Part shown: piece by piece, positions 18,315 to 25,874 of the stretch | How the letters are laid out: each line of letters opens with the position of its first letter | Numbering within the stretch: position 1 is the first letter of the stretch | Origin: a virus | Lineage: Duplodnaviria > Caudoviricetes | Reading direction: 5' to 3' (one strand) | DNA length: 31,376 bases | IMG/VR virus record: IMGVR_UViG_3300033512_000127 | Coordinates: 1-31,376 of that record | Notes under the pieces: generated by a model | The model's input: the letters and a program-made list of their open reading frames with translations, nothing else | Databases searched by the model: none | Told to the model about the DNA's origin: nothing | Program-made: the position numbers and the translations under genes

Positions 18315-18448
18315 ATCAACGATGCAAAAAAAAATCTTCTGTAATCTTCACCACCACTGCGTTTGAGCAAAAAGTGGAACGTTATAATCAGGATAGTTAA
18401 ACCAATTGAAAAAGTTATAGAGGTGGGGGAGGACTGGTGCTGCATAGT

Positions 18449-19771
18449 TTAATGTGTTAAACTGGTTATTTCAAATTTAATGGTATAATTGGTGTAACCC
18501 ATTGAATTGAATTTATTGATTAATGATTGATTTACTTTATCTTTTAATGATTCTTTGAAGTAAAGACTGTCGTGACAGCTTAATACCCCTTCATTAATTA
18601 ATTCTGTTGCTACAGGAATGAAGATAGATGATTCTATTTCCTGTAACTCTATAGCTAAGTTATGGGTATCACTTATTTTAGAACACCTAACTTTATCTTT
18701 TTGAAGCAAAGTAAATACGGTTGGATATAGTTTCTGTAATACTATTTGAAATGGTACTGACCCATTAATTTTTTTAAACAATAATCTTTGGAACTGAATT
18801 TTAGTTTCTTTTCTTGTTAGTTCATCATCTTTTATTCCATCAATATAGACTGACATATCCTTCATTTCTTCAAAGCCTTTTTCCATATTAAATTCAAGAT
18901 ACTTTGATGAACCATTTATTTTTATCCATTCATTATAGAAATGAGTATAGATATCTTTTTGTGTAATATCATTAAAGAAAGATATAACATCAGTATTATC
19001 AGGATTTTGTTGTAGATATTTAGATGCTAATAAATATGGTTGAGCTGATTTTAAATCATAAGAGGCTAAAGATTCTTCATCTATTTTCATAAAGCATCTG
19101 AATTCTCTTTTAACACCAGTTATATTTGAAAATATTCTTTTGGTTCTATTATCTTCAGAAACAAATATATTTTTTTCCCAAAAAGAAATAGCCATTCTTG
19201 TATAAGCCTTTACTTGATTTTCATTTAATTTCTTTATATCTTTAATGCTATGTACCCAGTTAATAGCCGAATGCAAATCAAAAGAAACTCTATCTGATTT
19301 TAGTAAATCGTATTGTAAACGAAGACGTTCCACAGTGGGACGTTGGTGTTCCTTCTTTATTAAATCTGCCGATTCTTTATCAATTTCAACACCTGATATA
19401 ATAATATCTGATTGTTTATATTGAATTGCATCTGTAAAATAGTATTTACGGGTATAATTTTTAGCTGAACCAACTGAGTTAAAATGATGATTTACGTAAC
19501 CAACTATATTATAGTATAGTGATTTATCAATAACTTTGCTTGCTATTTGTATCTTTTTTTTATCTATTCGTGTAGTACCTAACAGTTTACGGATTGTTTC
19601 GTTATGAATAGATGCATATTTTCTATCTGTTTCATACATTGAGAATTTTTCAATTAGATAGAAAAATTTGAAGAACGCTTCTCTTGGGGTTTCTTTTGAG
19701 TATTCTTTTATTAGAATTGAATCAATTGCTTTAATAAAAGAATCTGGGAATTTGATTTCGTAATTTTTCAT
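18449..19771 (-). CDS. Minimal PolA / T7-RNAP superfamily polymerase-domain protein (replication candidate)
   Basis: Motif A SYDLKSAQP, KDIY, motif B RKETKIQFQRLLF, LQEIES, motif C SCHDSLYF; no exonuclease motifs recognised. Confidence 0.7.
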   Translation of the reverse strand: MKNYEIKFPDSFIKAIDSILIKEYSKETPREAFFKFFYLIEKFSMYETDRKYASIHNETIRKLLGTTRIDKKKIQIASKVIDKSLYYNIVGYVNHHFNSVGSAKNYTRKYYFTDAIQYKQSDIIISGVEIDKESADLIKKEHQRPTVERLRLQYDLLKSDRVSFDLHSAINWVHSIKDIKKLNENQVKAYTRMAISFWEKNIFVSEDNRTKRIFSNITGVKREFRCFMKIDEESLASYDLKSAQPYLLASKYLQQNPDNTDVISFFNDITQKDIYTHFYNEWIKINGSSKYLEFNMEKGFEEMKDMSVYIDGIKDDELTRKETKIQFQRLLFKKINGSVPFQIVLQKLYPTVFTLLQKDKVRCSKISDTHNLAIELQEIESSIFIPVATELINEGVLSCHDSLYFKESLKDKVNQSLINKFNSMGYTNYTIKFEITSLTH

Positions 19772-19858
19772 ATTGTCGTATTTTTTATTTGTCGTATTTT
19801 AAATAGAGGAGGGGAGTTAATTACTCTCCCCATTAATACGACATTATCAACCTCGTTG

Positions 19859-19928
19859 TGGATACAGTCGGAATCGAACCGAATAATTCTCTATGCAAAA
19901 GAGATTGGCTGCCTTCGCCATCTGACCC
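19859..19928 (-). tRNA. Atypical tRNA-Ala (anticodon UGC)
   Basis: GGGTCAG A TGGC-GAAGGCA-GCCA A TCTCT-TTTGCAT-AGAGA ATTAT TCGG-TTCGATT-CCGA CTGTATCC A; G3:U70 and A73 alanine identity; bulged acceptor stem; CCA not encoded. Confidence 0.75.
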
Positions 19929-19934
19929 ATTTTA

Positions 19935-20636
19935 TTATATAAAAATTCTTTCTGTAATTTTTTCTTTTTTTATAAATAAGAATCCTTTTACTTTATCACC
20001 TTTTGCTAATCTATGTATATCGACTCTTGTTAAACCATAATTTTTAGTTAATTTTCCTGGACTTTCAATTATTATTTGATTATCTTTTAATAAATAATAT
20101 TTTTTTATTGTTCTTTTTTTAGATTTTCTAAATGTAATGCTTTCTAATAATTCATTATATTTATCTTTATTCTTACTTAAAATGTATTTAGAGCTTTTAA
20201 GAATATCATATTTCTCTGTATAAAGTTCAGAAATAGATGTAGTTGATAAACCTGTTAGCTTTGATAGTTCTGTCATTGTTCCACTAATTTCTCCTATATC
20301 TGGTCTATATAATGTAATCAGAAAATATCTACTATTTTTATATTCAGAACTTCCACCTTTAGTAGAATTATATCCATTATAATATGTATCATAATTTTTT
20401 ATATAATATATCTCTTTTGCATTTAAATCTTCATATGATATGTTATCTTCAAGTACACCCCATTTAAAATTATTTGCTCCATATTTATTTAAAGCCCTTG
20501 CAAATTTGCATTTAGGATTTTTTGAAAAATAAATATGTTGATATATTCTTAAATTTAAATCTTGAATTGTTTGTCCAATATATGACTTATTGTTGATTAG
20601 ATTAATTGCAATATAAATTAAATTTGTTCTATTCAT
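19935..20636 (-). CDS. GIY-YIG homing-type endonuclease
   Basis: LIYIAINLINNKSYIGQT..R..QH...KEIYYI...GYN; C-terminal HTH-like modules. Confidence 0.9.
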   Translation of the reverse strand: MNRTNLIYIAINLINNKSYIGQTIQDLNLRIYQHIYFSKNPKCKFARALNKYGANNFKWGVLEDNISYEDLNAKEIYYIKNYDTYYNGYNSTKGGSSEYKNSRYFLITLYRPDIGEISGTMTELSKLTGLSTTSISELYTEKYDILKSSKYILSKNKDKYNELLESITFRKSKKRTIKKYYLLKDNQIIIESPGKLTKNYGLTRVDIHRLAKGDKVKGFLFIKKEKITERIFI

Positions 20637-20717
20637 TTTCCGTATTTATTTTTGGTGAAAGTGAAAATAATTAAATTTTCACAATCGGTATTTATAAATG
20701 ACTAAATTTATATAAAT

Positions 20718-20742
20718 TATATATTTCTTTTTTAGAAAAGTT
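20718..20742 (-). promoter_or_regulatory. Class A motif AACT-N14-ATATATA
   Basis: TGTAAACT...AATATATA closely matches the site before the sigma gene. Confidence 0.55.
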
Positions 20743-20807
20743 TACATTTTCTTAACCTATTAATTTTCAATCATTTAACCATTTTTATAATTTAATATTT
20801 CAAAAAA

Positions 20808-20917
20808 GTTTGGTAAATTCGGCGTATTTTAACAGATGTCTGGAAATCCCAGACGATTCCTACGCCGACGATAATATAAAAGAAACGATAGTGATAGCCG
20901 CAGGTGCGGCAAACCAA
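20808..20917. ncRNA. Unidentified GC-rich structured element (candidate ncRNA)
   Basis: Stems TCGGCGTA/TACGCCGA, GTCTGG/CCAGAC, GCCGC/GCGGC and closing TTGGT/ACCAA. Confidence 0.5.
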
Positions 20918-20918
20918 T

Positions 20919-21587
20919 CTAATATTCTTTTAGATAAATCCATACTTTTTTTAACACTTTTATTTTGCCATTCAATAAAGAAGCTACAGCCGACATAGAT
21001 AAATTATATTTTGTATAAAAATCATATCTTGTTCCATTAAAATACTCCATTGTTGCTTTATTGAAAAAAGTATATATTTTTTTATCTTTGTGGTTTATTG
21101 ATATTTTATTTTTTGTTTCTTCAGAATGAATTTTTCCATAAAAAGGATTCTTTTCGCCAGTTACTCCAATTTTTATATTATTTTTATGTTCTTCTGTTAG
21201 TTTGACTCCTTTTCTTGTTTCTGAAAATTTTTTAATAGTTTCATCTGAGAATACTCTTCCTTTTGTGCCTTCTCCGCCCTCAGTCATATTGTAGCCATTA
21301 GAGCCATCGTATTCTTTACTTGATATAAATGTCCTAAAATATTTAATCCAATATTTTTCTTGAATATTTAAATCATCTTCGGGACATTCACATAGTATTT
21401 CCCATTCAAAATTGATTTCTCCATATTTACGAATTGCTCTATGAAATACTGTATTGTAATTTGCACTTTTAATATTATATGTAGTTGAAAAATGATTATT
21501 AAATCTCTCTTTAAAATTAACAGAACGTCCTATGTATTTTTTATTATTTATTTTATTTGTCACTAAATAAATTACTCCATTTCTCAT
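20919..21587 (-). CDS. GIY-YIG endonuclease with NUMOD3 repeats
   Basis: GVIYLVTNKINNKKYIGRS; GYNMTEGG; repeats FSDETIKKFS, LTEEHKNNI and NPFYGKIHSEETKNKIS. Confidence 0.92.
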   Translation of the reverse strand: MRNGVIYLVTNKINNKKYIGRSVNFKERFNNHFSTTYNIKSANYNTVFHRAIRKYGEINFEWEILCECPEDDLNIQEKYWIKYFRTFISSKEYDGSNGYNMTEGGEGTKGRVFSDETIKKFSETRKGVKLTEEHKNNIKIGVTGEKNPFYGKIHSEETKNKISINHKDKKIYTFFNKATMEYFNGTRYDFYTKYNLSMSAVASLLNGKIKVLKKVWIYLKEY

Positions 21588-21603
21588 AATTATATTTTTT
21601 AAT

Positions 21604-21627
21604 TATATATTTTATTTTTAAAAAGTT
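21604..21627 (-). promoter_or_regulatory. Class A motif AACT-N13-ATATATA
   Basis: 16 nt upstream of the GIY-YIG ATG at 21587. Confidence 0.5.
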
Positions 21628-22061
21628 ATGAATATTCCTACCAAATATTTTATATACCAATTCCATTCTTTACTATCTATTTTAACAAGATGACTTCCTC
21701 TACTATCTGAATGAAACATTATACTATCTTCTACCATAAATCCAGTGTGATTAAATGTAGGACTTCTAAAATATAATAAGCATCCTTTCTTTATTTGTTT
21801 AGCGGATTTAAAATTCTTAATCAATTCTTTACAAGTTCTACCTTTAGATTTAATTCCATTCTGTTTAAATAACCTAATTAAAATCCCAGAACAGTCATTT
21901 TTCCCTCAAGTGTATGGTATATTTAATAAATTATCATATTTATATTGAATTACAACCGTTTCTACGTATTTTTGTTTAAAAGTGGTGTACAAGTGCGGTT
22001 TGAAATTATCGTGGCTGTAAACGACTAAAATCAAATATATTGTTAAAATTATCTTTTTCAT
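21618..22061 (-). pseudogene. NlpC/P60 peptidoglycan hydrolase (147 codons) interrupted by in-frame TGA at 21906-21908
   Basis: MKKIILTIYLILVVYS...LLNIPYT*GKNDCSG...GCLLYF...NHTGF...MFHS; the TGA occupies the W of PYxWG. Confidence 0.8.
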
Positions 22062-22093
22062 AATGAGTTTAGCCTATTATACGATTCTTGAGT

Positions 22094-22834
22094 CTATTTA
22101 TATTTCTTATCAAGTCTTATCCAAAGTTTAATTCCTTTTTTATACAAATCTTTCTCTGAATATAGACACCAACTTTTAACTGTATGACTTTTTTTATTCA
22201 ATAAATTAATAATAACGATTTTATATTTATCATAAAATTCAACACCAGTACCTATAAATTCTATTTCATTATCCAAATGATATAAATGCAATTGTTTATC
22301 TGACAATATGCAGTTTCGCTTTTTTCTTTTTATATCTTGATTATTTTTTAATATCCATCCTCTATGCGATTTTACTTTTTCATTACACATTCTATTCACA
22401 GATGGCTGAGTTAAATTATATTCTTTAATAAAATCTGATTGAGTACCTTTAAATTCTTCACCTGTTTTAAAATTAATAAATTCAAATTCTGTTAAATTTT
22501 TAATATCATTCCTAACTACTCCATCATTACATTCAGTTGCTGGTGCTTGATTATATCCATTTTTAATAGTATCAAATTTATTGATATAATAATTTTCTTT
22601 TACAATAGCATCTTTTCTTGTTTCTGCATAATCTAATATTTCCCAATTAAATTGATTCCTCGGTATTTCTATTAAAAATGATAAAAAGTATTGAACCTTT
22701 CTACCATATTTTTTATCATACCTGCCTTGGATATAATGACTATTGATTCTATCTGATAATGCTCGTTTAGTAGAACCGATATAGCTCTTACCATTATTCA
22801 AATTTGTTGCTTTATAAATTTTATAAGTTTCCAT
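22094..22834 (-). CDS. GIY-YIG endonuclease with two C-terminal DNA-binding repeats (likely start METYK at 22834 rather than 22882)
   Basis: KIYKATNLNNGKSYIGST..R..SH...KENYYI...GYN; repeats EFKGTQSDFIKEYNL and EFIGTGVEFYDKYKI; a promoter motif overlaps the longer start. Confidence 0.88.
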   Translation of the reverse strand: METYKIYKATNLNNGKSYIGSTKRALSDRINSHYIQGRYDKKYGRKVQYFLSFLIEIPRNQFNWEILDYAETRKDAIVKENYYINKFDTIKNGYNQAPATECNDGVVRNDIKNLTEFEFINFKTGEEFKGTQSDFIKEYNLTQPSVNRMCNEKVKSHRGWILKNNQDIKRKKRNCILSDKQLHLYHLDNEIEFIGTGVEFYDKYKIVIINLLNKKSHTVKSWCLYSEKDLYKKGIKLWIRLDKKYK

Positions 22835-22866
22835 AAAAAATCTTTTTATTTTTAGTTTATAGAGTA

Positions 22867-22912
22867 TATATATTTTGCCCATTGAAAAGTTTGAAAAAAA
22901 ATAAAATATATA
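22867..22912. promoter_or_regulatory. Divergent class A motifs
   Basis: Minus strand AACT-N14-ATATATA (22891-22867); weaker plus strand AAGT-N15-ATATATA (22887-22912). Confidence 0.5.
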
Positions 22913-22928
22913 TCTAAAAAGAAAGATT

Positions 22929-23372
22929 ATGTTTTATCAAGATTTAAAAGATGCCCAAACAGTTGAAGAAAAAGTTAAACACTTCCTTGATTCAAAAGGA
23001 TTACATACAACACTCAATAAATCAACTGATTATTCTGTTTTAAAAGCATTTGATGCTATAATTAAATATAAGACTACTGAAACTAAGATTGAAATTAAGA
23101 ATGATAAAATGGGATATACAGGAAATTTCGTTTTGGAATTTGAATGCTCTCATAAACCATCTGGAATTTCAACAACAGAAGCTGAATTAATTATTTATAC
23201 AATGAATGATAATTTGTATATCTTTAGGACTATTGACTTAAAACAGGCTATACAAAATAAATTATATCAAAGAATTGTAAATGGTGGAGATTTTAATGCT
23301 GCTAAACTTTATTTATTTAAGCAGAAAGATATATTTCCATTAGCGATTAAACAATATGAATTCAAAGTATAA
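22929..23372 (+). CDS. PD-(D/E)XK family phage nuclease
   Basis: FD...KIEIKND...TGNFVLE...KPSGISTTEA. Confidence 0.75.
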   Translation: MFYQDLKDAQTVEEKVKHFLDSKGLHTTLNKSTDYSVLKAFDAIIKYKTTETKIEIKNDKMGYTGNFVLEFECSHKPSGISTTEAELIIYTMNDNLYIFRTIDLKQAIQNKLYQRIVNGGDFNAAKLYLFKQKDIFPLAIKQYEFKV

Positions 23373-23417
23373 ACATAACTCTTTCAAAACATAACTTTCA
23401 AAGCATAACGTAAAATA
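23361..23417 (+). repeat. Three TTCAAAN(C/T)ATAA units ending in the class B motif ACGTAAAATA
   Basis: Units at 23361, 23383 and 23397; 23393-23417 matches 28506-28530 at 24 of 25 positions. Confidence 0.7.
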
Positions 23418-23434
23418 TAGAAATATAATTGAAT

Positions 23435-25219
23435 ATGAGTAATACCGTTGACTTTCGCCTAAGATTGCAAGATGAATTAACTAATGAGATGAAAAAAGCA
23501 CAGAAAATTTCTGAGACTGCTTTAAAATCTATGTCACAAGAACAAATTAATTTAACTAAGCAAACTCACAAATATGAGAATGCTATTGTTGAATTGAAAA
23601 ATAAGTTACATTCTGCATCGAAACAACAACAAAAAGATATTAAAGAAGAAATTCGTCTTAATCAGGAATTGCTTAGACAATCTAAAAAACAATTGACTGA
23701 GGCAAATAAACAACAAAGGATTAAGACTGGAAATACTTTATCTGGACAAATTTCTAAAGGTGTATCTGAAGGTATGCCAAAAGGTGGTGGAGGTTTAAGT
23801 TCTTTAATCGGTAAAGGTGGTGCTATAGCTGGAGGTGCTATAGCTATTGGTGCAGCTGCATATCAAGGAAATCAATATTTACAAAAATCTGAAAAGGAAA
23901 GTCAACTTGTAAAGAGTTTATTTAGTACTTCTGGTGATGAATTGAAGAATTTAAAAGGACAAGCTGGAACTATTGTAGATGTTTTTGGGCAAGATTTTAA
24001 TAATGTCTTATTGTCTGCTAATACTCTTGCTAAAGAAATGGGTATAACTGGGTCTAATGCACTTGATTTAATAAAACAAGGCTTCGAGAAGGGTGCTGAT
24101 TCTAATGGACAATTTCTTGATATGTTAAAAGAATATCCAACACAATTAAAATCAATTGGACTTGATGCAGAAGAAACTATTGCTATTATAACTCAATCTG
24201 TAACATCTGGTGTTTATTCAGATAAAGGAATTGATGCTTTAAAAGAAGGTGGACTCAGATTAAGAGAAAATACTAAGGCTGTTCAAGATGCATTAAAAGT
24301 ATTTACTAAGCAAACTCAAGCAGAAATAAAAGCATTAGTTGTTAAAGGTGAAACATTTAAAGCTATGCAATTGATTTCCAAAGAGATGAAGAATTTAGAT
24401 GTGCAAGCAAGACAAACGGTTTTTGCGGATATTTTCGGCGGTGCTGGTGAGGATGCTGGTAAATTTATAACAACACTTGATACTTTAAATACAAGTCTTA
24501 CTGATGTAAAAGATACAACAACCGATTATCAAAAAGCACAATTATCATTATCTGAGGAATGGAATAAGTTTGTAGCATCTGTTACTGATTCAGAAGGAGC
24601 ATTTAATAAAGTATTTACATTTGTTATTAATTCTTTATCGGATATATTAGGATTCTTAAACGATGCAAATAAAATAAGTATTCAATATGCAGGGTTATCA
24701 CAAGAAGAATTAGATAAAAGAACAAATGCTGCTATTGAAAGTTTTCAAAAGACTATAACTGGAGATGATAAATCACAAGCATCTCAAATAAAAAGAAAAT
24801 TGGATGCACAAAATAAAGAACTTGAACGACTTAATAATTTAGATATTCCTACATTTGGAGAAGGTTCTGTATCACAACGATTAGATAGAGATAAAGCTAT
24901 TGTAGAAACTGGAATTAGTATAAGAGCATTAGAATCTATGCTTAAAGGAAAAGGTGGATACCAAGCAACAATAATAGATAAACTTAAAAAAGATAAACCA
25001 ATAAAGAAATCTTCTATTACTACTCCAGAAAAAGATTTAACTGCAATAGCAGCTAATAGAAACGTAAAATCTTTAACGATTAATATAGATGCATTAGTAA
25101 AAGATGGTATAACTATATCTACAACAAATCTTAGTGAATCTCCAGCTGAAATAGAACGTTTATTGACAAGAGCATTAACAAATGTTGTAAATCAAAGTTC
25201 AGCTCAATTATTCTCTTAA
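23435..25219 (+). CDS. Tape measure protein (ATG 23435 preferred over TTG 23429)
   Basis: Coiled-coil N-terminus, Gly/Ala-rich hydrophobic stretch, PhageMin_Tail-like core (FLDMLKEYP, DKGIDALKE, DIFGGAGED). Confidence 0.92.
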   Translation: MSNTVDFRLRLQDELTNEMKKAQKISETALKSMSQEQINLTKQTHKYENAIVELKNKLHSASKQQQKDIKEEIRLNQELLRQSKKQLTEANKQQRIKTGNTLSGQISKGVSEGMPKGGGGLSSLIGKGGAIAGGAIAIGAAAYQGNQYLQKSEKESQLVKSLFSTSGDELKNLKGQAGTIVDVFGQDFNNVLLSANTLAKEMGITGSNALDLIKQGFEKGADSNGQFLDMLKEYPTQLKSIGLDAEETIAIITQSVTSGVYSDKGIDALKEGGLRLRENTKAVQDALKVFTKQTQAEIKALVVKGETFKAMQLISKEMKNLDVQARQTVFADIFGGAGEDAGKFITTLDTLNTSLTDVKDTTTDYQKAQLSLSEEWNKFVASVTDSEGAFNKVFTFVINSLSDILGFLNDANKISIQYAGLSQEELDKRTNAAIESFQKTITGDDKSQASQIKRKLDAQNKELERLNNLDIPTFGEGSVSQRLDRDKAIVETGISIRALESMLKGKGGYQATIIDKLKKDKPIKKSSITTPEKDLTAIAANRNVKSLTINIDALVKDGITISTTNLSESPAEIERLLTRALTNVVNQSSAQLFS

Positions 25220-25234
25220 AAAATATAAAATAAA

Positions 25235-25873
25235 ATGGCATTAGAACATACATTAGGCAATTTTTTAGATATTATAGCAACAAGTAGTGCTTTTGAAATG
25301 GCAAGAACTGGAACTAAAATAAATCCTGTTCAATTAGCAAATCAATTTCAATTGGCAAAGTTTTCAAATCTTGGAACTCCTATATTAGATTATGTAATAT
25401 TAACTATGCAAGAAGATGCAACACAAACATCTCCACTTTATTCTAATAAAGTACAACAAACAATTGCAAATCAAGTATCACAACACGGAATTAACTCTAA
25501 ATCGTTTTATCTTGATGATGTGGAGATAACTGTCAATAAGACTAAAAACATTGTTAGAACGGCTGTAAATGGCATTAATTCAACTTTTAAAGAGTTTTAT
25601 TCAGATGGAGATTATTTGATATCTTTATCTGGTAAAGTTGCAGGTGTTATTCCATTCCAAGATGATTTTGATAATATAAAGAAATTTGGAACTATCGAAA
25701 ATGCTAACAAATCTTGCATTGTTACATCAACTTTTCTCAATGATGTCTTTGGTATCGAAAATGTAGTTATTACTGATTTCTCATTTACACCAGATAAACA
25801 GTTTTCAAACATCATTAATTTTACGATTTCAATGGAATCTGATATAGAAATAGATATAATAGAAGAATTATAA
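25235..25873 (+). CDS. Tube initiator / baseplate protein (DUF6046-like)
   Basis: KTKNIVRTAVNG...KEFYSDGDY.ISLSG; FLNDVFGI; ends MESD. Confidence 0.75.
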   Translation: MALEHTLGNFLDIIATSSAFEMARTGTKINPVQLANQFQLAKFSNLGTPILDYVILTMQEDATQTSPLYSNKVQQTIANQVSQHGINSKSFYLDDVEITVNKTKNIVRTAVNGINSTFKEFYSDGDYLISLSGKVAGVIPFQDDFDNIKKFGTIENANKSCIVTSTFLNDVFGIENVVITDFSFTPDKQFSNIINFTISMESDIEIDIIEEL

Positions 25874-25874
25874 T

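Noticed and set aside
19772-19858. Theta/HDV-like ribozyme downstream of the tRNA
   Set aside because: The helix order is superficially similar, but the P3/L3 sizes are wrong and no catalytic C or P1.1 pairing is present
19859-19890. attP site in the tRNA 3' end
   Set aside because: No integrase is recognisable, and the tRNA is full-length and divergent
20897-20920. c-di-GMP-I riboswitch (GGCAAACC)
   Set aside because: The GNRA hairpin and GCAAAGC continuation are absent
19858-20998. Plus-strand ORFs 19858..20040 and 20810..20998
   Set aside because: They are antisense to the tRNA and GIY-YIG genes or overlap the structured element, and have no protein-like features
21906-21908. Genome-wide TGA recoding with a suppressor tRNA
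   Set aside because: TGA terminates 15803..15985 (ATGA overlap) and 16866..17120, other genes are intact under the standard code with TGG for Trp, and the tRNA anticodon is UGC rather than UCA
19935-22882. Group I introns housing the GIY-YIG genes
   Set aside because: No interrupted host gene or P7 core was recognised, intergenic gaps are short, and each gene has its own promoter-like motif
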